In this document: piece by piece, positions 35,851-46,537 of the stretch
Numbering within the stretch: the first letter of the stretch is position 1
Layout of the letters: each line of letters opens with the position of its first letter
IMG/VR virus record: IMGVR_UViG_3300014720_004424
Length of the DNA: 64,000 nucleotides
Strand: one strand, 5' to 3'
DNA from: an uncultured virus (IMG/VR IMGVR_UViG_3300014720_004424)
Taxonomy: Duplodnaviria > Heunggongvirae > Uroviricota > Caudoviricetes
Position numbers and translations under genes: made by a program
Notes under the pieces: generated by a model
Seen by the model: only the letters and a program-made list of their open reading frames with translations
What the model was told of the DNA's origin: nothing
The model's database searches: none

Positions 35851-37395
35851 GTGTACTTAATACTCACAGCCAGCAAAGACACTTACATTACTGATAAGAT
35901 TATCAATAGCTCTTTTAGAGCGACAGACTCAAATCTTGGAAGGGCTGGCACTATTGATCTCTTTAAGCTGTATGATGAGTCCGTGATCTCCGGTGAGTCT
36001 GCTCCCTATGAGGTGTCAAGGGCACTGTTAAAATTTGATTATGGACAGATTAGGAGTTTAACTGGCTCTGTTCTAAACATTAACAGCCCTAATTTTAAGT
36101 GCATTCTAAAAATGCAGGATGCACTGGGCACACAGACAGTTCCAAGAAACTTTCATTTAGTTGCTTATCCTCTTTCGAAGTCGTTCGATGAAGGAGACGG
36201 AAGGGATGTGAGCTCATTTGGCGATATTGATGTTGCAAACTTTGTGACAGCATCTTACAGCGGCGGCACAGTTTACCCATGGTTTGTCAGCGGTGCTAAT
36301 AAGCTAGGACTTTTAGGATCAGCTGACATAGATGTCATAGGCTCTGGAAACTTAGGCTCAGGAATAGAGCAGTTAGGGGCGATCCAGCATTTCGATGAGG
36401 GCACAGAAAATTTTGAGGTAGATGTCACAAAGATAGTATCAGCAACAATTTCTGGACAAATTCCAGACTGCGGATTTAGAGTTTCTTTTATTCCATCCGA
36501 GGAGCAGGACACAAAGACGAGATTTGTCAAGAGATTTGGATCAAGACACTCAAAAAATGTGTACCTCAGACCGACTGTTCACGTGATGTTTGATGATGTG
36601 ATTCAGGACAATCACGCGTCTTTTGTGTTCGACACAACAGGATCGATATTTCTCATCAATTATCACAGGAGCTTACCCTCTAATATACTTTCTGGATCTT
36701 CTCTGACACCAATTTCGGGACAAAATTGTCTCTCTGTGACACTAAAAACCGGGTCTTTCACAAAGACAGTTTTTGCCTCATCGTATACAGGAAGTACAAC
36801 AGGTCAAGGTCTCGATGGAGTGTATCAGACTTCTTTTGCTATCCCGTATTCTGACAGCTCAATTGTAATTGGCAGCTCATCAGTCTCTGATTTTGCTGCA
36901 AAAAGTGGGTCTCTAAAATTTCTTGAGACATGGCATTCTAATGATGGAAAGATTGGATTCTACACAGGAACCCTAGAGATACAGTCACCCTATAGATCAG
37001 CATTCTCATCTGTTCCTAGAAAGCCTACGATAGCAGTCACTAATCTTCTTGGAAGCTATAAGACAAGCGATATAGTAAAAGTTCGTCTTTTTGGAGTCGA
37101 CTCTCTGAATTATCAAAATCGTCCTGCTAAGTCACTCATAAATGCAAAGAGTGAGGTATTTGAGAACTTATTTTACAGGGTCGTTGATGCAGACCTTGGA
37201 ACAGTTGTTATTCCCTACACGAGGAGCAACAATGCAACAAGATGCTCAATTGACAGTGATGGGATGTATTTTAATTTTAGAATGTCTTCTCTTTACTCAG
37301 GAAGAGTTTACTATTTTGAGTTTCTTCTAGCTGATAGGGGCGTAGAGTTTCAGATTGAAGAGAAAAGCCCGATGTTTAGAGTTGATGCATCATGA
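35851..37395 (+). CDS. putative virion structural protein (DNRLRE-like N-terminal domain)
   Basis: ASKDTYI..SRALLKFD..YPLSKSFDEGDG..VDVTKIV..FGSRH pattern; located in the baseplate operon. Confidence 0.5.
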   Translation: MYLILTASKDTYITDKIINSSFRATDSNLGRAGTIDLFKLYDESVISGESAPYEVSRALLKFDYGQIRSLTGSVLNINSPNFKCILKMQDALGTQTVPRNFHLVAYPLSKSFDEGDGRDVSSFGDIDVANFVTASYSGGTVYPWFVSGANKLGLLGSADIDVIGSGNLGSGIEQLGAIQHFDEGTENFEVDVTKIVSATISGQIPDCGFRVSFIPSEEQDTKTRFVKRFGSRHSKNVYLRPTVHVMFDDVIQDNHASFVFDTTGSIFLINYHRSLPSNILSGSSLTPISGQNCLSVTLKTGSFTKTVFASSYTGSTTGQGLDGVYQTSFAIPYSDSSIVIGSSSVSDFAAKSGSLKFLETWHSNDGKIGFYTGTLEIQSPYRSAFSSVPRKPTIAVTNLLGSYKTSDIVKVRLFGVDSLNYQNRPAKSLINAKSEVFENLFYRVVDADLGTVVIPYTRSNNATRCSIDSDGMYFNFRMSSLYSGRVYYFEFLLADRGVEFQIEEKSPMFRVDAS

Positions 37396-40300
37396 GAAGA
37401 TCAGGAAACACTTTTGCTCCGGGATCAAGCCTCTTTAGCCCCAGCATTGTCAGAGGTCTGACAGGTGAGTTGGCATCTATCTCAAATGTAACTGCTGCTT
37501 CACTTAGCTCCTCTGTCCAGAACATCACACAGTCATTCAGGTATGACTCTCCTGGGAGCCCGATTAAGTCAACACAGCAGCTTCCCATCGATTGGTCAAA
37601 GTTTGAAAATCACACATTTTTTAACTCTGCAGAAGCAAAGGTCAACACCGCTTTTGAGTTAATTATTAACTCTTACCCATTTGATGGATCAAAGACCGAG
37701 CTGCTAGAGTTTTTTGACGCCCTCACTGGATATGAGAAATATGTCTTCGATAGGTTTCCTAAGAGCCTTGGTTTTCTTCACTTTGAGAATGGGTCATATG
37801 TCAAGGTAAACGACATTGCAGGCGCTCAGGCACCATCACTCTCAAGAAATTCAAGTGCAAAGTCTGTCCTCGATCAGGGATCGGGTCCTATAACGTACGA
37901 TGTCCACCTCAGAGTACCCAGCAATGTTACGCAGGGTAACCAGGTTGTCATTCAGAGACTCTCAGGAAACCAATACGGTATTACACTGGCCCTAAGCTCA
38001 ACATTGTCTTCTGATGTATCTGGCACACTTCTGATGCTTGTGTCATCTGGCACTGCGTATATGAGCGCGTCCATGCCTGTCGCAAAAGGCGACTTTCAGC
38101 ACGTGTGTGCGACGTATGACGCGACACCAGGAGTCAACAAGATAAAGATGTTTAGAAATGCCGTTCTTGAGAGCTCCTCTTCATCGAGAGAGCTCGGCGG
38201 ATTTGGATACACATCCGCACCTCTTTTAATTGGAAGCGGTGTAAATCACGCAGCAGGATTTTTTGGAAGTGTGACGCCTGGCATTAATTTTGGGCAAACT
38301 CTATCAGGCACAATCGATGAGCTCAGGGTGTATCACTCTGCTAGGTCTGCCTCAGAGCAAAAAAAATTCATTGATAGGTCAGTTTACTCTGACTCTAACT
38401 TAAAGCTCTACTACAAGTTTAATGAGCCAACGGGATCATTCTCTGCCAATACCACGATCATTGATAGCAGTGGAAACTCTCTTCACTCTGTTGTCACCAA
38501 TTTTACTGAGAGCCTTCGTGAAAGACGCGGCATAAGCCTGCCAATGTTGTATGAGTCGAACACAGAGTCACCTGTGCTCTTCCCATCTTATCAAGACGTC
38601 ATCACTCTAAATGAGGACTTATTGACATCAGCTTCTGACTATGATGCCAACAATCCAAATATGATAACAAAGCTGATACCTCGACACTACTTGCAGGAAG
38701 CTAGTATATTTGAAGGATTTGGTCAGAACAGCGAGCTTGGAACAATAACAGACACATATGGGTCAAATCAGAACTTTCCTGGTGGTGGAAAGTTAGGATC
38801 TGCACAAATTATTGCAACACTTCTATTTGTGTGGGCAAAGCATTTTGATGAGATCAAGATGCACCTTGATCAGTTTGGAAAGCAGAGAAATATTTCGCCA
38901 GTCGAGCCCGGTACTATCGCGAGCACTTTCCTGCCACAGCTTGCAGAGTCGTACGGAATAAGCCTACCAGAAATGTTTCCAAATGCATCTTTTGAGCAGT
39001 TCTACGATGGAAAGGCGATAACAAATCAGGGTCTGATATCAGAAAACAGCCTCCAGTATGTTCAGAATCAAATCTGGCGACGAATTCTGAGTGACATGGT
39101 TGAGATCACAAGAACAAAGGGCACTGTTCACAGCATAAAGTCACTCATAAGAAATATGGGTCTAAATCCTGACTCAAATTTTAGATTTAAAGAGTTTGGA
39201 GGATCAAGGGCAGGAACACTAGCAGATCAGAGAATAAAAAAGACACGAGTCCTGAGATCACTTGACTTTTCCGGTTCTTTCACACTAGGCGCTGCAGCAA
39301 CTGACGTGCAGGGAATACCCACGGGAAGGCCTTACTTCAAATCATCAGGTCTGATTCAAAGTGGTTCAATGCGTGTTGCTGATCTTTCTACAGTCGTTCG
39401 GCGCGAGCCGGGCCTTCCATACACAGGATCAACGCCCATGTTCGATAGGATCCTGACATCTGGTTCCTGGTCGTACGAGGGGACTTATAAGTTTACTCCT
39501 CCTGCTGTCTTGGGTGTTAATCACCCAAAGGCATCGTCTCTCGTGAGATTTTTCACCTCAGGAACTGACTGGCAGACAGGCCTCAAAGACAGCCTGTACT
39601 TGAATCTCATAGCTTACGCAAGCTCTTCTTTGACGGCTACAGGATCTCTAAAGCTTGTGTTTAGGGACACGTGGAGCACGACTCAGCCCGCCAAGCTCGA
39701 AATTCCTCTTACGGGAGTCAATGTGTATGACGGAGATCCATGGCACATATCTTTTGGAAGAATCCGGAATGACTTAACTCAGTCCTATGCGTCCTCCTCG
39801 TGGTTCCTTCGAGCAGGAAAACAGTCCGGTGGAAGAATTGAGAATTACTACGAGAATGAAGTGTATTTTGATGATTCTGTGCCCGTATCATCACTGACAG
39901 GCAGCGTTCTATCCACCTGGAGCGCAAAATTAAACATGTCAGGAACAATGATTCACATAGGATCACAGTCTGTTCCAAAGTCTATAAATCAGTTTGGGCT
40001 CTCATACAATGGGTCTCCAACCATTGAAGAGGACAGGACATCATTCTTTGGTGGCAGAGTACTCAACATGAGGTTCTGGTCAAAGGGATTATCAAAGAAA
40101 GAGACTTTTGATCACATACTAAATCCAACATCACTTGGCTCTGATAATGCAAAGACAAAGTTTAATTTTGTGTCCACGGTGTCCGGATCCTGGGAAAAGC
40201 TACGTCTTGATGTGGATTTTATGCAAGAAAAGACTCAGACGGACACTGTAGGCGCAGCATATTTTACTGACATGAGCCAGAACGGTCTCACATGCACTGG

Positions 40301-40922
40301 GAGTGGATTCGAACCCAGTGCACAGATTTTTAGATCGGAGAATATCACATTTTCAACTGTGAGTCCTTTCTTCGATCAGTCCACCGACAGCAACAAGATT
40401 CGTGTGAGATCGTGGCTGAGCGACGACAACGTGTCAAAGTACGGCGGTGTAAAGGCACCTCTCAACTCTATTCCCGAGGACGAGGAGCCCGTTGATGATA
40501 TTAGGTTCGGCGTCGAGGTGAGCGCAGTTCAGGCGCTGAATGAGGACATTACAAAAATTTTCTCATCCCTAGACTCATTTGACAACTACATCGGAAGGCC
40601 AGAGCTACAGTTCTCTGAAGACTATCCCGACCTCCAGGCACTAAGGGATGTGTATTTCAATAGGCTTACTGATCAAGTTAATTTCAAGACATTTTTTGAG
40701 TTTTTTAAGTGGTTTGACACAACTGTGTCGCAGCTTATTGAGAATTTAATTCCAAGACGAACGAAGTTCATGGGCGTCAACTTTGTCGTCGAGCCTCACA
40801 TGCTTGAGAGGCCAAAGATCAGATATAACACATTTGATCTCTATTTGGGCCCAAATAATAGAAACAGCGGACTAGGCCAGATTCTGGTTCAACAGCTTGT
40901 CGGTGTGATAAAGAGGTACTAA
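37392..40922 (+). CDS. large baseplate/tail protein with LamG (concanavalin A-like) domains
   Basis: FQHVCATYD, LSGTIDELRVYH, LKLYYKFNE, PWHISFGR, MRFWSKGLS (LamG); KGTVHSIKSLI (P2 gpI/gp7-like wedge motif). Confidence 0.65.
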   Translation: MRRSGNTFAPGSSLFSPSIVRGLTGELASISNVTAASLSSSVQNITQSFRYDSPGSPIKSTQQLPIDWSKFENHTFFNSAEAKVNTAFELIINSYPFDGSKTELLEFFDALTGYEKYVFDRFPKSLGFLHFENGSYVKVNDIAGAQAPSLSRNSSAKSVLDQGSGPITYDVHLRVPSNVTQGNQVVIQRLSGNQYGITLALSSTLSSDVSGTLLMLVSSGTAYMSASMPVAKGDFQHVCATYDATPGVNKIKMFRNAVLESSSSSRELGGFGYTSAPLLIGSGVNHAAGFFGSVTPGINFGQTLSGTIDELRVYHSARSASEQKKFIDRSVYSDSNLKLYYKFNEPTGSFSANTTIIDSSGNSLHSVVTNFTESLRERRGISLPMLYESNTESPVLFPSYQDVITLNEDLLTSASDYDANNPNMITKLIPRHYLQEASIFEGFGQNSELGTITDTYGSNQNFPGGGKLGSAQIIATLLFVWAKHFDEIKMHLDQFGKQRNISPVEPGTIASTFLPQLAESYGISLPEMFPNASFEQFYDGKAITNQGLISENSLQYVQNQIWRRILSDMVEITRTKGTVHSIKSLIRNMGLNPDSNFRFKEFGGSRAGTLADQRIKKTRVLRSLDFSGSFTLGAAATDVQGIPTGRPYFKSSGLIQSGSMRVADLSTVVRREPGLPYTGSTPMFDRILTSGSWSYEGTYKFTPPAVLGVNHPKASSLVRFFTSGTDWQTGLKDSLYLNLIAYASSSLTATGSLKLVFRDTWSTTQPAKLEIPLTGVNVYDGDPWHISFGRIRNDLTQSYASSSWFLRAGKQSGGRIENYYENEVYFDDSVPVSSLTGSVLSTWSAKLNMSGTMIHIGSQSVPKSINQFGLSYNGSPTIEEDRTSFFGGRVLNMRFWSKGLSKKETFDHILNPTSLGSDNAKTKFNFVSTVSGSWEKLRLDVDFMQEKTQTDTVGAAYFTDMSQNGLTCTGSGFEPSAQIFRSENITFSTVSPFFDQSTDSNKIRVRSWLSDDNVSKYGGVKAPLNSIPEDEEPVDDIRFGVEVSAVQALNEDITKIFSSLDSFDNYIGRPELQFSEDYPDLQALRDVYFNRLTDQVNFKTFFEFFKWFDTTVSQLIENLIPRRTKFMGVNFVVEPHMLERPKIRYNTFDLYLGPNNRNSGLGQILVQQLVGVIKRY

Positions 40923-41980
40923 TGTCTTCACAGCGTGCCACAGATGGATTCAAGACCAAGGGAAGCACAGTGGGTCTTGTGTTTCCTCAAGAGTTTTCTG
41001 GATCAAATACACTTGAGAAATACAACCAGGGTGTCTACGTCAATGACGTGAATCAATATGTTTCACCATCGACTATGATGATACGACCCAACAATGATTT
41101 TCTAAAGATAAAGGGTGGTATAGCTGTAAGAGTAGACTCAGGATCATATGATGACACTGACTCTCCGACAGTACTTGCTGTTGATTCAGGAACAGGCCTA
41201 GGGATAAAGTCTTACATACCCCTTTCCCTGTTTCAGTCTAAGCCCTCAAATACGACAACACAGACAGGAAGAAAAAGCACAGGATTCAATGTCGCTCCCT
41301 CTCATTTTCTTCTTGACAATGATTTTGGAATTCCTGACACTTATCAGGACGGTGTCGCTTACGAGGACATTGACAATGCGATTGATCCAGTAAGAATAAT
41401 TGTCACTGATCCAGCGAGCCTAATCATTCCAAAAGAGATTGTCAACTCATCTGAAATGATATCTAGCGATGCAGCGATTGATGTGTTCTCTGTAAGAGCT
41501 GAGACAGACCGTTCATTCATCGAAGTCCCATTTCGGTTTAAGGGGACGCGAGGAGATCTGGTGAATGTCGATGAGAATAGAAGGTCCATCCTCATCACAG
41601 ATGAGGTTCAGACAATTTCATTTAGGAGAAAAAATGACACAAGAAATCTCAGAGGTGTCGACCCATATCTTGATGCATCTGATCAGTATGGTCTTGCAGA
41701 GTCTTCTGGATCCTATAAAGTAGGACCGGCAAATACAATGGGATATGTGAATACTCCCAAGGAGGCCGTAGAGCCTTTCTCTGATGCAACAGATTTTGAG
41801 CTGATAGGACGACTTCTTGAAGAGTCACCTGACATCCTGAGTGCCTCTTATGACATGAGGGCGTTGTTTCCTACACATGACTTTCTAAGTCGCGATCATG
41901 TTTCACTGCCGCACGGTTATGTCTATGATTATAGCACGACTGGAATAGACTCACTGGCATTTGGAGGTCTTCTTAAGTAA
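40922..41980 (+). CDS. hypothetical structural protein
   Basis: TAATG overlaps at both ends within the structural operon. Confidence 0.6.
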   Translation: MSSQRATDGFKTKGSTVGLVFPQEFSGSNTLEKYNQGVYVNDVNQYVSPSTMMIRPNNDFLKIKGGIAVRVDSGSYDDTDSPTVLAVDSGTGLGIKSYIPLSLFQSKPSNTTTQTGRKSTGFNVAPSHFLLDNDFGIPDTYQDGVAYEDIDNAIDPVRIIVTDPASLIIPKEIVNSSEMISSDAAIDVFSVRAETDRSFIEVPFRFKGTRGDLVNVDENRRSILITDEVQTISFRRKNDTRNLRGVDPYLDASDQYGLAESSGSYKVGPANTMGYVNTPKEAVEPFSDATDFELIGRLLEESPDILSASYDMRALFPTHDFLSRDHVSLPHGYVYDYSTTGIDSLAFGGLLK

Positions 41981-44900
41981 TGACAATCACAGCCACAACA
42001 GGTTCAGGTTATCTCAATAACCCGCCCAGGACCATCCTTATATCAAATGACAATCGACCCGGCTCGTATCCTGTAGAAATATCTCCAGTCGACGCAGCGA
42101 AGTCAAGTCACACGATAAGACCCTATAGAGATAATATTTTTCCTGATACTCGCTTGCCCTATGGTCAAGCCCAGGTCATCTTTACTGCTGTTCCTAATGA
42201 GGGAGAGACAGTAACACTAACAAATGCCAAAGGTCAGACTCAGGTATTTACTTTTAAGTTCATAAGCAACACGTTTATGACAGGTCCAGGATCTTATGAC
42301 ATAGCTTTCGATGGAATTAGCACTTCACCTAGATCAGGAGATGAAGGCCTCACAAGAAGTCAAATAATCACAAAGCGTGCACTTGAGAAGTTTGTGCAAG
42401 CAGTCAATGCTGCAACAGGATCACTCATAGAGGCGTCAACAACATCACAACACAATAGCGCGATATTGACTCAGAAAATTCCAGGAACAGCTGGAAATAC
42501 TGCGAACTCAACGACATCAGCTGATGTCGTTATCGAGAGCTTTACTGGAGGAAATTCTGGAATAGTAAGGTATCCGTTTGGCATTGCTGCGGATGGATCG
42601 TCAGAAATCCTCCAGAGAGTCCTATCCACTTTTGAGTCTGGAACACTTGATGTACCTGCTGCTGGTAAGGCATCACTGCTTGATGCGTACGCTGAGGGGC
42701 ATTCCTATGGAGTTTTTCAGCCCTACGATGAGTCAAACTCACATCAGTCATTTGGACTACCTACAGGTGGTTCTAGTTACGGCACGAAAGTGGGTCTTGA
42801 AAGTGAATTCTTCACAAGAGGATCAGTTTCAGGAAGCTTGGATGAGCCGCTAAGCGTAAAAGATAAAATTGTTATTGATTTGTCTCCTAGCGTTGAAACT
42901 GCTTTATTATCAACAACAGGATCTGCTGCTCCTGGGCCTGCTTCCAACTTTCCTATGGCATATTTTAACTTTTCTACAAAGAGATGGGAGCCTATTGGTT
43001 TTGGTCGTGGACGAACAACACCTGCTGGAGCAACTACACTTCAAGAAAATTTAGAAAGACAATATGTTGGTTTTAGCCAGGCTTGGGGAAATTATGCAGT
43101 TACTTCAAGCGTTCCTACAATTCAAATATTAGATCCACAACTATTGAGCACTTATACAGGAACAAAAAACGTATTTCAAGAGACGGGCTGGTTTACACCT
43201 ATTGATACATTTGGCTTTCCTCTTCATCCAAAATATCATGCAACAGGATCACAGCAGCTAGATGTTTCTTATCTCGTTGACAAGCCATTTTTAGTAGAAA
43301 AAATAGTTTATGAGTTTTCTGCGTCAATGCCGCACTTAACAAGTGCAATTAGTCCGTTAGGAGGCACTGACTTTGAATACTTGGGAGGAGGAGGCGTATT
43401 TTTCATACTAAATCAAAGAAAAGCAAATCCAGATCCAGGTCAAGAAAATTCATATACAAACACATATGTTTCTGAAATAACAGGTAAAGAATTTGGAACT
43501 CCGCAGGATGGTGGAATTAATGGTCCCAATGGAGACTTTTATAGTTTCCGATATGAAAATGGTGGAATACCAAGATCAATGCAATTATCGACATCAGGAC
43601 CCACTGTGTATGTCGACACTGTTCGTGATCTCGTCACATATGCACGCGTGGGAACAGTTTGGGACGAATACGGAAAAGAAATTAGTCAAATTATAGAACC
43701 TGGGTTTCCTCATCCTGCAAATTTTATGGATCTTGCGATAAATGTCCCAGCGTCAGGATCATTTAGCGGAGCGTACACAGTTGCATCACCTGTAAAAGCT
43801 GCTTTTAAAAATTCTGCTGTTTCAAATATAGCACTCGGATCTGCGCTTACACCTAACAATATTTTGTCTGTCTGGGCATCAAAAGATTCGTCAACCAGAA
43901 ATTCAATAGATATTTCAACTGGAAGGGCTTATAGAGGAGAATTTTTAGCAGCAGATACTTTATTTCGTTTTCCAGGGTTTAATACAGCGAAGCTTTTGTT
44001 TTCTTCAAAGACAGATAGCAGTCCATCACCGTACCTATTGATGCCGGGTGACAAATTAGTGTTTGGATGGCAATCTCCAACATATTATTCGATAAGTGGT
44101 GCAACTTCTAACTCCATACAAAAGATGTTAAAGATCCTTCCAGGCAAAGGCAAGCTTATTCTTTATGGATCTTATCTTCGAGATGATAAACCTGTTCACA
44201 ACATTTACAAAGATCAGATAAACTCAGACGCTATACATGAATTTTTGCCATCGAGTCCCTGGGTTTTGGACAGATTTGAGTCAGATCCTCAAATGATGTA
44301 CTCAGGCAGCATGAGGGAAGAGCACGTCACAGGAACGATGCTGACAAAAAAGTCTGATGGAACCTTGACTGTCACAAATCAGAATGATTTTTCTATCGGC
44401 GGTGTAAGGTGTGTAAGAGCTAGAACAAGCGCAGGAAATTTGTCTATCAGATACTCATTCAATAGAAACAACAGAATATTTGATCAAGACGAGCAGTTTT
44501 ATGACTCAATGCAGCCAAATCCTATCAAGATTCTTTTTAAGAGCGGCAGTACAAAAGCACTAAATTTTCTTAGTGTCGGTTCAGGTTCGCTTCCTATAAT
44601 GTTGGAGTCTGAGAGATTCTATGGACCAGCAACACTTCCCAATGCTAATACAGCTTTTAATCAGTACGCCAACAGAGACTTTATTGGAAAATTTCCTTTT
44701 GAAAAGTACTATGCTGGAATTCCTAGAGTAAAGAAAATTAACTCGAGAGTCTTCAATAAAACAATTGTTCCAACGTGGACGTACAGTCTGTCGGATGTTG
44801 TTACAGTGTCACCAAGCGGACACTTGTTAGACTCTATATTTTTCTCCTCAGGCAGTGAAGGAAGCGGACAAGGTGGAGGACACTGCGATTTAATGGCATC

Positions 44901-45507
44901 TGGCAGTCTAGTTGTGGGCGGAATACCTTATGGTACCGGTAATTCATGGTTTGTTCCTGTCTCAACGGATGTTGATGTTAATCCCGTCAAAGCCTTTCCT
45001 CTTTTTGGTTCTCCTGGGTCAAATGATCCAATTGATGACATAAACTATAATATTTCTAGATTTATGGGATGCTTTGGTGATGGTTATTATCGTCTTCCAA
45101 GATTCCTGACAGCAATTCCTGACTTAGGTGTCCTATTTTTTAACGTTTATCTCTTCGTACTCTTGACTAGAGGGTGCAAGCACGGGCTGATTAATCCTAC
45201 GCCACTATTCTCGAGCGCAATTTTTAACGGTACGAGATACGGTCAAAACCGTGATATGATGGAGCAAAGGCTTTACAGTAGGTTCTCTCTGGGAGACAGC
45301 ACTCTGACAGACGCTGCAGTGTCCGTTGACTTTATTAATAGAAATGCAGGAATTGGTGACAACAACATAGTATCTGGTAGCGCCACAAATTCTTCCAATA
45401 CATCAAAATTTGCGACCTCTGAGCATCCGTATGACGACGCAAGATCTGACTACGGACTTATCTGGGATAGAGACACTCCCCTTCCAGAGACGCTTATTGC
45501 GATATGA
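41980..45507 (+). CDS. large hypothetical structural protein (S/T/G-rich)
   Basis: 1175-aa uninterrupted ORF in the baseplate operon; beta-rich composition. Confidence 0.65.
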   Translation: MTITATTGSGYLNNPPRTILISNDNRPGSYPVEISPVDAAKSSHTIRPYRDNIFPDTRLPYGQAQVIFTAVPNEGETVTLTNAKGQTQVFTFKFISNTFMTGPGSYDIAFDGISTSPRSGDEGLTRSQIITKRALEKFVQAVNAATGSLIEASTTSQHNSAILTQKIPGTAGNTANSTTSADVVIESFTGGNSGIVRYPFGIAADGSSEILQRVLSTFESGTLDVPAAGKASLLDAYAEGHSYGVFQPYDESNSHQSFGLPTGGSSYGTKVGLESEFFTRGSVSGSLDEPLSVKDKIVIDLSPSVETALLSTTGSAAPGPASNFPMAYFNFSTKRWEPIGFGRGRTTPAGATTLQENLERQYVGFSQAWGNYAVTSSVPTIQILDPQLLSTYTGTKNVFQETGWFTPIDTFGFPLHPKYHATGSQQLDVSYLVDKPFLVEKIVYEFSASMPHLTSAISPLGGTDFEYLGGGGVFFILNQRKANPDPGQENSYTNTYVSEITGKEFGTPQDGGINGPNGDFYSFRYENGGIPRSMQLSTSGPTVYVDTVRDLVTYARVGTVWDEYGKEISQIIEPGFPHPANFMDLAINVPASGSFSGAYTVASPVKAAFKNSAVSNIALGSALTPNNILSVWASKDSSTRNSIDISTGRAYRGEFLAADTLFRFPGFNTAKLLFSSKTDSSPSPYLLMPGDKLVFGWQSPTYYSISGATSNSIQKMLKILPGKGKLILYGSYLRDDKPVHNIYKDQINSDAIHEFLPSSPWVLDRFESDPQMMYSGSMREEHVTGTMLTKKSDGTLTVTNQNDFSIGGVRCVRARTSAGNLSIRYSFNRNNRIFDQDEQFYDSMQPNPIKILFKSGSTKALNFLSVGSGSLPIMLESERFYGPATLPNANTAFNQYANRDFIGKFPFEKYYAGIPRVKKINSRVFNKTIVPTWTYSLSDVVTVSPSGHLLDSIFFSSGSEGSGQGGGHCDLMASGSLVVGGIPYGTGNSWFVPVSTDVDVNPVKAFPLFGSPGSNDPIDDINYNISRFMGCFGDGYYRLPRFLTAIPDLGVLFFNVYLFVLLTRGCKHGLINPTPLFSSAIFNGTRYGQNRDMMEQRLYSRFSLGDSTLTDAAVSVDFINRNAGIGDNNIVSGSATNSSNTSKFATSEHPYDDARSDYGLIWDRDTPLPETLIAI

Positions 45508-45530
45508 TCAAAGTGAGCTTTACTGTATGA

Positions 45531-45537
45531 ATACTTA
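45531..45537 (+). promoter_or_regulatory. putative late promoter motif ATACTTA
   Basis: intergenic, 16 nt upstream of GTG 45554. Confidence 0.55.
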
Positions 45538-45553
45538 CTTTCAGGTGTGAGAA

Positions 45554-46537
45554 GTGGCAGGCATTTTAGACTCAAAGACGAGAATTGTCGACTTCATCCT
45601 GACAGACGAAGGGAGACGTCAAGTTAGAAGCGGAGATCTTCGGATTTCTTTCGCTTCCTTCTCGGACTTAGGCACTTTCTACACACCTGATGAGTCTGGT
45701 GCTGCCGAGGATGCTTCAAGAAGAATTTATTTCGAGGCATCAAGTCGATACCAGGACAGAATTGTCGTGGAATCCAAGCTAGGAATTATCAGCGACTTCT
45801 CAACAGCAGGTCCGTCTGGGTCTTATGACCTCTCCAGCGAGCAGATTGCAACTCAGCCAGAGTCACCCACCTCAGCAAATGAGCAGCTATACCTGACAGG
45901 ATCACAGGTGATCGAAGACGCTGATGCTCTACTGCAAAGCATCACACAAAATTTTATAGACAACCAGCTTATTGCAAAAAGAGATGTTTTTAGTTATAAG
46001 CAGGGATTTGAGGTCTCTGATGAGGAAATAGAGTTTAGACCTACATATGAGTTACCAATTGACACCTGGCTTTACACAACTACTGCAGGCGTTTTTAGAC
46101 CTCCTACCTTGTCATCTTTTGACTCAATAACGTTTGACAGGAGATTTGCACACTTTCCAAACTTCAAATTTTTGCCACCTATCAACAAGAAGACAGCTGG
46201 AAGCAGTGCGTCCGGAAGGCCTTTGGGTAGGTACGCCAACCTAAATCAGCCTGAAATTTTGACACGTGATAAGCTTAAGACTGAGCTTAAAGGCCTACAG
46301 CACCACGAAATAAGATTTGATCCTACAAGCAGAGAAAATAGTATAATGATACAGCCATTTGAGTTTAACAGTCTAGATGGCACAGTCAAAAAGCTTTCGA
46401 TCATTGACTTTGGTGTTTTTCCCAATGATATGGGAACTTCTGCAGGCGTGCATGTCTTCTTTGTCGGAAAGATCTTTCGATCAAGAGATGGGTCTCTAAA
46501 GTTTTTTAATATCTTTACCCTGGAGCTTGATGTATGA
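45554..46537 (+). CDS. hypothetical structural protein, N-terminus paralogous to 55514-56230
   Basis: MAGILD...IVDFILTDEGRRQV vs MGFLD....IVDAVLTDLGRQAL. Confidence 0.6.
   Translation: MAGILDSKTRIVDFILTDEGRRQVRSGDLRISFASFSDLGTFYTPDESGAAEDASRRIYFEASSRYQDRIVVESKLGIISDFSTAGPSGSYDLSSEQIATQPESPTSANEQLYLTGSQVIEDADALLQSITQNFIDNQLIAKRDVFSYKQGFEVSDEEIEFRPTYELPIDTWLYTTTAGVFRPPTLSSFDSITFDRRFAHFPNFKFLPPINKKTAGSSASGRPLGRYANLNQPEILTRDKLKTELKGLQHHEIRFDPTSRENSIMIQPFEFNSLDGTVKKLSIIDFGVFPNDMGTSAGVHVFFVGKIFRSRDGSLKFFNIFTLELDV

Noticed and set aside
40293..40322. TGCACTGGG/CCCAGTGCA hairpin containing a reverse GGTTCGAATCC (tRNA T-loop-like)
   Set aside because: Inside a long CDS; no T-stem, anticodon arm or cloverleaf can be formed
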